53,754 nt of DNA from Campylobacterota bacterium. GTDB taxonomy: Bacteria > Campylobacterota > Campylobacteria > Campylobacterales > Arcobacteraceae. The stretch's first letter is position 1; each line of letters begins with the position of its first letter. The translations under genes were made by a program, and so were the position numbers. Below are positions 18,883 to 29,061 of the stretch, in pieces. The stretch covers positions 1 to 53,754 of the forward strand of contig JAYEPG010000214.1 in the NCBI GenBank assembly GCA_034723795.1, in the 5' to 3' direction. Below the pieces are notes generated by a model. That model had not been told where the DNA came from and made no database searches. It saw only the letters and a list, made by a program, of their open reading frames with translations.

Positions 18883-19849
18883 TGTTTTTTCCTTTTTGTT
18901 TTTTAATTTTATTTATTATATTGTTAGAGATGGTAAATACATCAGTTCCTAGCATAACTCTAGTTCTGGCTCTTTTTAGATGTATATTTAATGGAACATC
19001 TACTATTCCATCTTTTACCTTTACATCTTGCCAACCTTCACGTGTGATATAGAGTTTAAGGTTTTTTATTTTTTTATCTACTTTTGCATGAACTCTTTTT
19101 AGTATACCATCACTAGGGAATACCTTTGGTTCGTACCATTCTACATTAAAACTCTTATATCTTAACTTATGTTCAATATTCACATCACCAACAAGTGCAA
19201 TTCTTGGGATGTCATTAAGTTTTGTTGTTTCATTTATTGAACCAGTACTTTGGTTTAAAATAGCTTTGAAATTAAAGTTTTTACTTAATGTATTTGTTAC
19301 CTCTTTTGTATATTCTCCATATGGATATGCATATGTTTGAGGTTTTATATTTAAATTTTTTACAAAAATATCATAAGCTTTTTGTGTATCTTCAACAATT
19401 AAAGATGGTGATAAGTTTTGTAATCTTGGATGTGAATAAGAGTGTAAACCAATAGAACCATACTTAGATGCCTCTTTGATTTGATCCCAAGTCATAAAGT
19501 CACCATATTTTTTGTCTGTTGCTTCAACATATACATATAAACTAAATGGATAGTTATATTTTTTAAATACCTCTAGTCCTGAGTCATAAAAACTTTTGTA
19601 AGCATCATCAATAGTTAATGCTATCCAATTTGAGGGTACCTCTTCATTTTTTGAAAGCTTATCTAAAATATCATTTAGTGGTACAACTTTATAATTGTGT
19701 GTTTTGAAGTATTCAAATTGTCTTGTTAACTCTTTGATTGTTGTATTTGCACTTTGGTATCTGTCATCTGCAAATCTATGATATACAAAAATGTGTGCAT
19801 TAGCAAAGATATAAGAAAATGAGATAATTATAAAAAATATGTATCTCAT
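18872..19849 (-). CDS. Exported polysaccharide deacetylase family protein
   Basis: Signal peptide; VYHRF, LTIDDAY, HSYSH, AYPYG NodB motifs. Confidence 0.9.
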   Translation of the reverse strand: MRYIFFIIISFSYIFANAHIFVYHRFADDRYQSANTTIKELTRQFEYFKTHNYKVVPLNDILDKLSKNEEVPSNWIALTIDDAYKSFYDSGLEVFKKYNYPFSLYVYVEATDKKYGDFMTWDQIKEASKYGSIGLHSYSHPRLQNLSPSLIVEDTQKAYDIFVKNLNIKPQTYAYPYGEYTKEVTNTLSKNFNFKAILNQSTGSINETTKLNDIPRIALVGDVNIEHKLRYKSFNVEWYEPKVFPSDGILKRVHAKVDKKIKNLKLYITREGWQDVKVKDGIVDVPLNIHLKRARTRVMLGTDVFTISNNIINKIKKQKGKNNVK

Positions 19850-19865
19850 TTAATCTATTTACTAA

Positions 19866-20201
19866 TTATTTAGAAGGTACTGCTGGAGCTGCTGGTGCTG
19901 TTGGAGCAACAGGTAAAACTGGTGCTTGTGGTATTAATGAGTTCATCTCTACATTATCTACAACACTGCTTTGCTTCTCTTGGTTATATGTATATCCTAA
20001 ATATAATGTATTTAAAACAAATATTAAACCAAATAAAAATGTTAATTTAGTTAAAAAATTTGCTGGACCTTTTGCTCCAAACATTGATTCGTTGCTTCCG
20101 CTGTATGCTCCAAGTCCCATACTAGAACTTTTTTGAAGTAATACTGTAATAGTAATTAAAACTGCTAAAACAAATTGAACTATTAATAGTGTTGATGTCA
20201 T
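19866..20201 (-). CDS. secG: Preprotein translocase subunit SecG
   Basis: VLLQKSSSMGLGAYSGSNESMFGAKG, two TM helices. Confidence 0.97.
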   Translation of the reverse strand: MTSTLLIVQFVLAVLITITVLLQKSSSMGLGAYSGSNESMFGAKGPANFLTKLTFLFGLIFVLNTLYLGYTYNQEKQSSVVDNVEMNSLIPQAPVLPVAPTAPAAPAVPSK

Positions 20202-20273
20202 ATCTACCCTTGAAATCTTAAAATAAGTGGCATTTTATCTAAAATTTATTTAAAAAGAGTTAAACTTCATCTA

Positions 20274-20981
20274 ATGACACGAGAACTAGCAATAAAAAAC
20301 CAATTTTCAAAATTTGCATCACAATATAACAACAATAATATAATTCAGCAAATTGTATCAAAAGCATTAGTAAGAGAAATTAAAGATAAACCAAAAAGAA
20401 TATTAGAACTAGGTTGTGGCCCAGGACAAATATTTAAAAACATTGATTTTGATTTTGACTACTATAAAGCAATTGATTTTTCACAAGAGATGTGTGATAT
20501 TCATCCAACTAACTCTAAGTTGGATATTTTTTGTTTAAACTTTGATAGCGATCAGTTTTTTGATAATATTAAAGATGAACAATATGATTTAGTATTGTCT
20601 TCATCTGCATTACAGTGGTCAAAAGATTTATCAAAAATAGTAAATGCTTTAGCACAAATATCTGATGAAATAAATATGGTTTTATTTACTTCGAATACAT
20701 TTAAAACAATATTTGAACTTACAAATAGTAAATCACCCATATTAGAACTTGAATCTATTAAAGATATTTTTTCAATGTTTTATAACTCTACATTTGAAGT
20801 TCTTGAGTATAAATTAGAATTTGAAACAAAAAAAGAGCTTTTTTCGTATATAAAAAACTCAGGTGTAAGTGGAGAGACAAATAATCTATCATTTAAAAAA
20901 GCAAAACATCTATATAAAAACTATGATAAAAGTTATTTAGAGTTTGAAGTTGTTTTTATAAAAGGTAATACAAAAAAATGA
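20274..20981 (+). CDS. bioC: SAM-dependent methyltransferase, BioC-like
   Basis: FSKFASQY..IIQQIV, ILELGCGPG, YDLVLSSSALQW, IKNSGV. Confidence 0.7.
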   Translation: MTRELAIKNQFSKFASQYNNNNIIQQIVSKALVREIKDKPKRILELGCGPGQIFKNIDFDFDYYKAIDFSQEMCDIHPTNSKLDIFCLNFDSDQFFDNIKDEQYDLVLSSSALQWSKDLSKIVNALAQISDEINMVLFTSNTFKTIFELTNSKSPILELESIKDIFSMFYNSTFEVLEYKLEFETKKELFSYIKNSGVSGETNNLSFKKAKHLYKNYDKSYLEFEVVFIKGNTKK

Positions 20982-22465
20982 AGAAAATATTGATTGTAGA
21001 GGATTCAAAATTTATTAACAATATGGTTAAAAAAGAGTTTAACAAATTGGCTTATATTAGTGATCAAGCATTTAATTTTTGCGATGCAGAAATTTTTTTA
21101 AGTAAGACACAATATGATTTAATTATTTTAGATTTAAGTCTTCCTGATGGGGAAGGTTATGAACTTATTGATAAAGTAAATGATATTACAAATACTAAAA
21201 TTGTTATTCTTACATCAAATACAAAAAAAGAGTTAAGAGAGAAGTTATTTCATTATGGTATTTTAGATTATATTATTAAAGATCATAATTTATCATATTC
21301 AATCAATGAGATACACAAAGTATTATTACATCTTAATGAACAGTCTAATGAAACTATACTTGTAATAGATGACTCAGATTTAATTTGTGAACAAATAAAA
21401 ATCATTTTATCTCCACGAAATTATAATATAACAATTACAAAAAATGCAAAAGATGGTTTAGATAAGTTAAAAAATCATAATTATGATCTTATAGCTTTAG
21501 ATATGGAACTGCCAGATATACATGGTTTAAAAGTTTTAGATATTATAAAATCAGATAATAAATATATTAATATACCTGTATTAATAACATCAGCTTATTC
21601 AGATCCAGATATTATTCGTACAACTTATAAAAAAGGTGCTAGTGATTATATTAGAAAACCATTTATAATGGAGGAGTTTGTATTAAAAGTTGATTTATGG
21701 ATTGATTATAGAAAAAAACATATAAAAGAATTAAAACAAAAAGATATACAACTATCACAACAAGCAAAAATGGTAATAATGGGAGAGATGCTTGAAAATA
21801 TTATTCATCAATCAAGACAGCCTTTATCGACAATTAGTGCAGCAGCAAGTAGTATGTTGATTGAGCAAGAACTAAATCTATTAACACCAGATTATTTAAC
21901 AGAAAAGTTAGAAGTAATTATAGATTCTGCTGTTAACCTTGGAGATACTATGGGTGGTTTTAGGAATTTTTATCAAACAAAAACAGAAAAAAAAGAATTT
22001 AAATTAAGTGAACTTATTCTAAAAACACTTAATTTAATAGAATCAAAATTGAAAAAAAATAATATCAATATAGAAACAAGTTTTGAAGATATTACTTTTA
22101 AGGGTTATGAAATAGAATTATTTCAAGTATTTATTAATATTTTAAATAACTCTATTGATACATTAGAGAATAAAAGCTTAAAGCAGAGATTAGTTTTTAT
22201 TAGAACATTAATAAATAATAATAATATTGAGATATATATAAAAGATAATGCTGGTGGTATCTTAAATGAGATTTTAAATAAAGTTTTTGATTCCCATTTT
22301 ACAACAAAAGAAACAGGGGTGGGAATAGGTTTGTTTATGAGTCAGAAAATTGTTCAAGAACATCATGATGGTATAATAGAAGTTAAAAATCAAAACTTTA
22401 TTTATGATGAGCACGATTATACAGGGGCAGAGTTTTGTATAACATTGCCTATAAATACTAAGTAG
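20978..22465 (+). CDS. Cytoplasmic hybrid kinase: REC-REC-HisKA-HATPase
   Basis: ILIVEDS..LIILDLSLPD; ILVIDDS..IALDMELPD..KPF; IIHQSRQPL; DNAGGI; FTTKETGVGIGL; no TM segment. Confidence 0.9.
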   Translation: MKKILIVEDSKFINNMVKKEFNKLAYISDQAFNFCDAEIFLSKTQYDLIILDLSLPDGEGYELIDKVNDITNTKIVILTSNTKKELREKLFHYGILDYIIKDHNLSYSINEIHKVLLHLNEQSNETILVIDDSDLICEQIKIILSPRNYNITITKNAKDGLDKLKNHNYDLIALDMELPDIHGLKVLDIIKSDNKYINIPVLITSAYSDPDIIRTTYKKGASDYIRKPFIMEEFVLKVDLWIDYRKKHIKELKQKDIQLSQQAKMVIMGEMLENIIHQSRQPLSTISAAASSMLIEQELNLLTPDYLTEKLEVIIDSAVNLGDTMGGFRNFYQTKTEKKEFKLSELILKTLNLIESKLKKNNINIETSFEDITFKGYEIELFQVFINILNNSIDTLENKSLKQRLVFIRTLINNNNIEIYIKDNAGGILNEILNKVFDSHFTTKETGVGIGLFMSQKIVQEHHDGIIEVKNQNFIYDEHDYTGAEFCITLPINTK

Positions 22466-22473
22466 ATATAGTT

Positions 22474-23559
22474 ATGCTTGTACATATCTGTTGTAGTGTA
22501 GATTCTCATTATTTTTTGCAAAAAATTCAAGAGGAGTATCCTAGTGAAAAAATTGTTGGATTTTTTTATGACCCTAATATACATCCATATAGTGAGTATA
22601 GATTAAGACTCTTGGATGTTCAATATAGCTGTGATAAGTTAGGAATAGAGTTAATAGAGGGTGATTATGATTTAGAATCATGGTTAAAGATTGTAAAAGG
22701 TTTAGAAAATGAACCTGAAAAAGGTGATAGGTGTACAGTTTGTTTTGATAGAAGAGTTGAGGTAAGTGTTCAAAAAGCTATAGAGTTAGGTCATAATAAG
22801 TTTACAACAACCCTTTTAATTAGTCCTAAAAAATCACAGGATAAACTAGCCGTAATAGGAAAATCTTTAGCCGCAAAATACAACTGTGAGTTTATATTTA
22901 AAGATTATAGAAGTGGAAATGGTGTAGAACTTCAAGGCAAAGAGGTGAAAAAAAACAATCTATATCGTCAAAATTATTGTGGTTGTATGTATGGACTTAA
23001 TGCTCAAAGAGAATCACAAGATAAATTAACAGACGAATTAATATCTCCTATTGGTCAACAGATACAACCAGAATCAATTGAAGAAAGGTTAGAGCTTTAT
23101 AGAAAAAGAGATCAATTAGAAAACTGTAATATAATAAAACAAAGGTTTTTAAACTACAGACTCTTAAGTGGTAAAGTGGTGATTAAAAAAGAGACTGTTC
23201 CATCATACTTTTTATGCTATTCTACTTTAAGAAATAAAAAAACATCAGGAAGAGTAGAAAAAGAAATTGATAATATCAATTATCTAAATAGAGATGAAGT
23301 TAAAATAATTTCTATTGAGTATTTTAATAAAATAAGCGATACAAATTACAAAAATGTTTTAGAGTTAGTATACAAGCCTTTATCATTTAATAAAGAGTTA
23401 GAAGTACGACAAAAAGTTATAAAAAATAGTTTTTATGACCTATCTTTAGTTATAGTTTTAGATACTATACCTGATAGAAAAATGGATATATTTTGTGATT
23501 CAAAAGTATTTCAAGACATTAAAGAGACTTTTGATTTAATGAAAAATTTGGGGGTTTAA
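22474..23559 (+). CDS. queH: Epoxyqueuosine reductase QueH with C-terminal extension
   Basis: LVHICCSVDS, YDPNIHP, RCTVCF, YRQNYCGC. Confidence 0.9.
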   Translation: MLVHICCSVDSHYFLQKIQEEYPSEKIVGFFYDPNIHPYSEYRLRLLDVQYSCDKLGIELIEGDYDLESWLKIVKGLENEPEKGDRCTVCFDRRVEVSVQKAIELGHNKFTTTLLISPKKSQDKLAVIGKSLAAKYNCEFIFKDYRSGNGVELQGKEVKKNNLYRQNYCGCMYGLNAQRESQDKLTDELISPIGQQIQPESIEERLELYRKRDQLENCNIIKQRFLNYRLLSGKVVIKKETVPSYFLCYSTLRNKKTSGRVEKEIDNINYLNRDEVKIISIEYFNKISDTNYKNVLELVYKPLSFNKELEVRQKVIKNSFYDLSLVIVLDTIPDRKMDIFCDSKVFQDIKETFDLMKNLGV

Positions 23560-23609
23560 AAACTTAAGCTAGCTTAGGTATTATGGGCTTTAAAAGGATT
23601 TATTTACAA

Positions 23610-23990
23610 ATGACTGTAAAAAAATTTGCAGGTGCAGAAACTCCACTATTTTATGTAGATACAGATGGTTCATACAATACTATTAAAGGTAACCGTTACT
23701 CTGTGGGGTACAAAAAATGTGATATGGAATATAAGTATAAAGAGACAATACTTGAAGTTAAAGAGGGTATGAAGTTTTACTGTACAACAGATGGTTATCT
23801 TGATCAAAATGGTGGTGAAAAAGATTTTCCATTTAGTAAAAAAAGATTTGGTAATATTGTTAAGGAAAATCATACAAAACCAATGTCTGAACAAAAAGAT
23901 ATATTTATTGACCAGATGGATAAGTATGAATCAATGATAGAAAATAATGACAGAAATGATGATATGACTGTTATAGTTTTTGAAATATAG
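23610..23990 (+). pseudogene. SpoIIE/PP2C phosphatase remnant (start fused to C-terminal portion)
   Basis: RBS AAAGGA then MTVKK joined directly to FAGAETPL..TTDGYLDQNGG..RNDDMTVI; the N-terminal PP2C motifs are missing. Confidence 0.75.
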
Positions 23991-24123
23991 TAAAAATACA
24001 AGTAATAATAAATAATTAATTTTGAATTTAAAATATTTGATATGTATAGTTTAAGTTATTATTTAAGTTCAAGTTTGATAAAATGTATTAAATTAAAAAA
24101 AACATTATAAGAAAAGGACTTTA

Positions 24124-25941
24124 TTGGACTACATAGGTATAAATAAAGATGGTCAAATTTATGACCTTCAAACTGCTAAATCTTTAAATATGGAAGCAGA
24201 TGAATCGGAACAAATAAAAGCAGACAGCTCACCAGAAGCTTTAGAAATATTAAGACACTCAACTGCACATTTAATGGCACAGGCTATTAAAGAATTACAT
24301 CCTGAAGCACAATTTTTTGTGGGACCTGTTGTAGAAGAGGGTTTTTATTATGACTTTAAACTAAATAAGCAACTTAACGATGATGACTTGCCAATTATTG
24401 AAAAACAGATGAAAGCTTTGGCAAATAAAAAAATGCCAATAACTAGAAGTGAAGTAAAAAGATCAACAATTGAAGAAAAGTTTAGAGATGATCCTTTAAA
24501 GCAAATGGTTCTAGAAAAAATAACTGATGATACTTTAACTATATATACACAAGGTGACTTTGAAGATTTATGTAGAGGACCACATTTACCTAATACTAAA
24601 ATGATAAGAAACTTTAAACTTATCAGAGTTGCTGGTGCTTATCTTGGTGGTGATGAAGAAAATGAGATGATTACTAGAATTTATGGTATCTCATTTTTTG
24701 ATAAAGCTGAACTAAAAGCATATACAACAATGCTTGAAGAGGCTAAAAAGAGAGATCATAGAAGACTTGGAACTGATCTTAAACTATTTACTTTTAGTGA
24801 TGATGTAGGTGCTGGGTTACCATTATGGTTACCAGCTGGTTCAAGACTTAGAGGTAAACTAGAGCAACTTTTATATAAAGCACATAGAGTAAGAGGTTAT
24901 CAACCTGTACGTGCTCCTGAGATTTTAAAAGCAGAAGCTTGGGTAAAATCTGGACACTATGCTAACTATAAAGAAAATATGTATTTTACTACTATTGATG
25001 ATATGGAGTATGGATTGAAGCCAATGAACTGTGTTGGTCATATTGAGATATTTAAAAATGATTTAGTATCTTACAAAGATTTACCAATGAAGTTTTTTGA
25101 ATACGGTGTAGTTCATAGACATGAATTAAGTGGAGCTATGCACGGATTATTTAGAGTAAGAGAGTTTACTCAAGATGATGCACATATTTTCTGTACGCAA
25201 GAACAAGTAAAATCTGTAATTATTGAAGTTATTGAATTTGTTGAAAGCTTAATGTCTCACTTTGGATTTGAATATGAGATGGAAGTATCTACAAAACCTA
25301 AAAAAGCTATTGGTAGTGATTCTTTTTGGGAAAACACTACTAAAGGTATCATGGAAGCATTAGATGAAAATGGTTACTCTTATGGTATTGATGAGGGTGG
25401 TGGAGCATTTTATGGTCCTAAGATTGATATTAAAATTACAGATGCTATTGGAAGAAAATGGCAGTGTGGTACAATACAAGTGGATATGAACTTACCTGAA
25501 AGATTTGATATTAACTATACAACTTCTGATGATACAAGAGAGCGACCTGTAATGATACATAGAGCTATTCTTGGTTCTTTTGAAAGATTTATAGGGATTA
25601 TGACAGAACATTTTGCTGGAGAATTTCCAATGAGTATTGCACCAACTGGTGTTATTATTGTTCCTATTGCTGACGCACATAATGAATATGCACAAGAGTT
25701 AGCACAGCAGTTACAACTTTTAGAGATAGATAATGAAATTTTCAATCAAAACGAGAGTTTAAATAAGCGTATTAGAATTGCTGAAAAACAACGAGTTCCT
25801 ATGATTGTTGTTGTTGGTGATGATGAGGTTGCTAACTCTAAAGTTGCATTAAGAGATAGAAGAAAAAGAGAGAGAAGTGAGATGTCTAAAGCAGAATTTT
25901 TAGATATGTTAAAACAAAACCAAGCAGGAGATAAAATTTGA
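24124..25941 (+). CDS. thrS: Threonine--tRNA ligase
   Basis: [47 protein letters not shown]; TTG start. Confidence 0.99.
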   Translation: MDYIGINKDGQIYDLQTAKSLNMEADESEQIKADSSPEALEILRHSTAHLMAQAIKELHPEAQFFVGPVVEEGFYYDFKLNKQLNDDDLPIIEKQMKALANKKMPITRSEVKRSTIEEKFRDDPLKQMVLEKITDDTLTIYTQGDFEDLCRGPHLPNTKMIRNFKLIRVAGAYLGGDEENEMITRIYGISFFDKAELKAYTTMLEEAKKRDHRRLGTDLKLFTFSDDVGAGLPLWLPAGSRLRGKLEQLLYKAHRVRGYQPVRAPEILKAEAWVKSGHYANYKENMYFTTIDDMEYGLKPMNCVGHIEIFKNDLVSYKDLPMKFFEYGVVHRHELSGAMHGLFRVREFTQDDAHIFCTQEQVKSVIIEVIEFVESLMSHFGFEYEMEVSTKPKKAIGSDSFWENTTKGIMEALDENGYSYGIDEGGGAFYGPKIDIKITDAIGRKWQCGTIQVDMNLPERFDINYTTSDDTRERPVMIHRAILGSFERFIGIMTEHFAGEFPMSIAPTGVIIVPIADAHNEYAQELAQQLQLLEIDNEIFNQNESLNKRIRIAEKQRVPMIVVVGDDEVANSKVALRDRRKRERSEMSKAEFLDMLKQNQAGDKI

Positions 25942-26480
25942 GTTTTAAAGACAATAAAAAGAAACAAGACGACACATTATTAAATGATGATATTAGATTT
26001 AAAGAGGTTAGATGTAATACAGAAGATGGAACTCTTGGAATTATTAGTTCAAGAGATGCAAATATTGCAGCAGAAGAAGCTGGGCTAGATTTAGTTTGTA
26101 TTGCTCCAAATGCAAAGCCTCCTGTTGTTAAGATAATGAACTATGGTAAGTTTAAATATGAGCAAGAGAAAAAGAAAAAGGAAGCAAGAAAAAATCAAAA
26201 AGTTATTGTAACCAAAGAGATTAAGCTTTCTGTTAAAATTGCTCAAAATGATATAGACTATAAAGTTAAACATGCTAGAGAGTTTTTAGAAAAAGGAAAT
26301 CATGTTAAATTTAGAGTATTTTTAAGAGGTAGAGAGATGGCAAATCCATCTGCTGGTGCTGAAGTACTTACAAGAGTTTGGCCAATGGTTGAAGATATTG
26401 GTGTAAAAGAGAATAATCCTAAGCTTGAAGGTAGATATGTAAATATGTTAGTAACACCTTTAAAGAAAGATAAACACTAA
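25938..26480 (+). CDS. infC: Translation initiation factor IF-3
   Basis: [32 protein letters not shown]; TTG start overlapping the thrS stop, RBS AGGAG. Confidence 0.98.
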   Translation: MSFKDNKKKQDDTLLNDDIRFKEVRCNTEDGTLGIISSRDANIAAEEAGLDLVCIAPNAKPPVVKIMNYGKFKYEQEKKKKEARKNQKVIVTKEIKLSVKIAQNDIDYKVKHAREFLEKGNHVKFRVFLRGREMANPSAGAEVLTRVWPMVEDIGVKENNPKLEGRYVNMLVTPLKKDKH

Positions 26481-26599
26481 ATATAAATCTATTTAAAATT
26501 ATTTAAAGCAATTTTAAGATATAATCCACAACTTAATTTAAGTTAGTGGATTTTTTTATGCCCATAACTTAATTAACAAATTTACAAAGGAGCCTAACA

Positions 26600-26797
26600 A
26601 TGCCAAAAATGAAATCTAATTCTGGAGCTTTAAAGAGATTTAAAGTGAAGAAAAATGGTCAAATTAAAAGAGGAAGTGCTTTTCGAAGTCACATTCTTAC
26701 TAAAATGAGCCAAAAAAGAAAAGTAAACCTTAGAGGTCCACAAACAGTAGCTGATGCTGATGTAACAAGAGTAAAAAGAATGTTAAATAAAGCGTAA
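26600..26797 (+). CDS. rpmI: 50S ribosomal protein L35
   Basis: [21 protein letters not shown]. Confidence 0.99.
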   Translation: MPKMKSNSGALKRFKVKKNGQIKRGSAFRSHILTKMSQKRKVNLRGPQTVADADVTRVKRMLNKA

Positions 26798-26830
26798 GCT
26801 TTATAAACAACTTTATACAATCTAAGAGAT

Positions 26831-26900
26831 AGTCCCTCCGATTAGATTCGGATAAGTTCGGTATTTTAAATACAGACACCTATATACAAAAGTATTATGG
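26831..26900 (+). ncRNA. Candidate structured cis-regulatory RNA upstream of rplT
   Basis: GC-enriched island with GTC/GAC closing two hairpins (TCCGA/TCGGA, GTATT/AATAC), then an ACC..GGT hairpin before the RBS. Confidence 0.45.
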
Positions 26901-26918
26901 TAAAGAAAAGGAAAAAAT

Positions 26919-27281
26919 ATGCCAAGAGTAAAAACTGGTACAACTAGAAGAGCAAGACACAAAAAAATTCTTAAAATGGCTAAAGGATTCTATTCAGGTA
27001 GAAGAAAACACTTTAGAAAAGCAAAAGAAGCTGTTGAGCACGCATTAGTATATGCATACAGAGATAGAAGACAAAAGAAAAGAGATTTCAGAAAGTTATG
27101 GATTGTTAGAATCAATGCAGCTTGTAGATTAAATGATATTAGTTATTCAAGATTTATGAATGGTCTTAAATTAGCTGGTATTGCATTAGACAGAAAAATT
27201 TTAGCTGATATGGCTATGAATGATTATGCATCTTTCCAAGTAATTGTTGAAAGTGCAAAAACTGCAATAGCTGCTAAATAA
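26919..27281 (+). CDS. rplT: 50S ribosomal protein L20
   Basis: [30 protein letters not shown]. Confidence 0.99.
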   Translation: MPRVKTGTTRRARHKKILKMAKGFYSGRRKHFRKAKEAVEHALVYAYRDRRQKKRDFRKLWIVRINAACRLNDISYSRFMNGLKLAGIALDRKILADMAMNDYASFQVIVESAKTAIAAK

Positions 27282-27306
27282 TTATAATATAAATTATAAT
27301 TAACTT

Positions 27307-27340
27307 AAAAAGGGGATAGATTAATTTCTATCCCCTTTTT
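27307..27340. terminator. Bidirectional intrinsic terminator
   Basis: AAAAAGGGGATAGA-TTAATT-TCTATCCCCTTTTT between convergent genes. Confidence 0.9.
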
Positions 27341-27361
27341 TATTTCTATTTATAAATAGAA

Positions 27362-27589
27362 TTACTTCTTTTTATTTTTTTTAGCTGACTTTTTCTTAGC
27401 TTTCTTTTTTGCTGCAGTTTTCTTTGCTGCTTTCTTTTTTGCAACTTTTTTCTTAGCTTTCTTTTTCTCTATTTTTTTAGTTGCTTTTTTCTTAGCAGCC
27501 TTTTTCTCTGCTTTCTTTTTGCTAGCTTTTTTTGCTGCTTTTGCTTCAACTTTTTTTGTTACTTTTTTCTTTTTTTCATCTTTTGCCAT
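27362..27589 (-). CDS. Lys/Ala-rich histone H1-like small basic protein
   Basis: 75 aa with 42 Lys and 17 Ala (hand count) in KKAAKK-type repeats; RBS AAGGAG. Confidence 0.75.
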   Translation of the reverse strand: MAKDEKKKKVTKKVEAKAAKKASKKKAEKKAAKKKATKKIEKKKAKKKVAKKKAAKKTAAKKKAKKKSAKKNKKK

Positions 27590-27742
27590 TTAGGGCTCCT
27601 TTGTTTTTTTATAGTTTTTTACTATTATTACTACTGTTTAGTAATAAATTATGACTATTGTATACTTTTTATTTCTAATTGTCAAGTAAAATAAGAATTA
27701 TTTGATATAATAAATAAAAAATTATACTAAAAAGGAGAAGTT

Positions 27743-28045
27743 ATGACATTTATAGATTTTAAAAAACAATTACTTGATGCAGATATAACATTACCAAAAT
27801 TTAGTAAACTTATAAAAGTTAGTGAAAAAAATATTCAAGCATATAAAAAAAAAGGAGAAGTCCCAAATACAATTGCAGTGATAGTTACATGTTTTGCAAA
27901 TATGAACTCTAAAGGTATGGATTATCGAAATATTGTAGATATGTTAGGTCTTGAAGCAAAAACAAAAAAAGGGGCAGGATTTAAGAAAAAAGAGAAGGGT
28001 ATAACTAAAGAAAATATTGAATCTAAGGATAAAAATATCTCTTAG
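27743..28045 (+). CDS. Small HTH-like protein with basic tail
   Basis: ITLPKFSKLIKVSEKNIQAYKKKGEVP resembles an XRE-type HTH; RBS AAGGAG. Confidence 0.65.
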   Translation: MTFIDFKKQLLDADITLPKFSKLIKVSEKNIQAYKKKGEVPNTIAVIVTCFANMNSKGMDYRNIVDMLGLEAKTKKGAGFKKKEKGITKENIESKDKNIS

Positions 28046-28173
28046 ATATTTATAATATTCTATAATTACACATTACTAATTAGTTTCACATATTAGATAA
28101 GGATTATTATTATATTACTTTACAGTTACTTAAACTTATGATATAATTATTTTTTGTAATTTAAGGAGTTTTA

Positions 28174-29052
28174 ATGGTTTATATTAGGTTAGTATTTTTG
28201 TCGATTATATTTTCAAGTTGTCTTTTTGCAGTAGAGATAAAAACAAAAAAAGAGTTACCAAATGTAGTCCCTGTAAGTTGGTTAAAACAAAATATTAACA
28301 ATGAGCGATTAGTAATATTAGATATTAGAGAGTATGAAGATTATAAAAAAGGACATATTAAAGGGGCTGTTAATTTGCCTGGACTTAAAAATCTTTTTGA
28401 TGCAAAAACATGGATGATGCCTAAACTAGATTTTTTAAAAGAACTTTTTAGCAATGCTGGAATCAATAAAGATAGTTTAGTTGTAGCTTATGATAATGGT
28501 GATTTTTTTTGGGCAGCTAGATTATACTGGATTTTAGAAGTTTTGGGACATGAAAATGTTGGTATTTTACAATATTCTTATGGTAAATATTTAATAGAAA
28601 ATTTAGAAACAACAACAACTGATACTGTTGTTACTACAAAAGAGTTTATACCTAGAATAAACAACGCACAAATACAAACAAAACTAAGCACACTTTTATC
28701 AATTGGTAAAAAAACAATAATAGATGGTAGGGCAAATGCACACTATCAAGGTAAAGAATCTATTACAAACAGATATGGACATATACCTACAGCAAAAAAT
28801 TATGCTTGTACAAACATTTTTCAAGTTACTGATGATGGAAGTAAAATGAAAGACTTTGGTGAGTTAGAAAAAGTATATAAAGATTTACCAAAAGATAAGG
28901 AAGTTATACTTTATTGTCAAGGTGGTGCTGAGGCTGCATTGAACTATATTGTTTTAACAAAACTTGGATTTAAAGCTTCTATTTATGATGGTTCATGGAA
29001 AGAGTGGGGAAGTGATAAGTCAATGCCTATCGAAAATCCATCTAAAAAATAA
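28174..29052 (+). CDS. Exported two-domain sulfurtransferase (rhodanese)
   Basis: Signal peptide; GHIKGA, AARLYWIL, GHIPTA, active-site LYCQGG, IYDGSWKEW. Confidence 0.9.
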   Translation: MVYIRLVFLSIIFSSCLFAVEIKTKKELPNVVPVSWLKQNINNERLVILDIREYEDYKKGHIKGAVNLPGLKNLFDAKTWMMPKLDFLKELFSNAGINKDSLVVAYDNGDFFWAARLYWILEVLGHENVGILQYSYGKYLIENLETTTTDTVVTTKEFIPRINNAQIQTKLSTLLSIGKKTIIDGRANAHYQGKESITNRYGHIPTAKNYACTNIFQVTDDGSKMKDFGELEKVYKDLPKDKEVILYCQGGAEAALNYIVLTKLGFKASIYDGSWKEWGSDKSMPIENPSKK

Positions 29053-29061
29053 TTATAAATA

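Noticed and set aside
25931-25941. Non-canonical ATT start for infC
   Set aside because: The ATT at 25936 is in the thrS frame; the in-frame start with a well-spaced RBS is TTG 25938.
27281-27300. ATTATAAT..ATTATAAT palindrome after rplT
   Set aside because: It is pure A/T and expected by chance at this composition.
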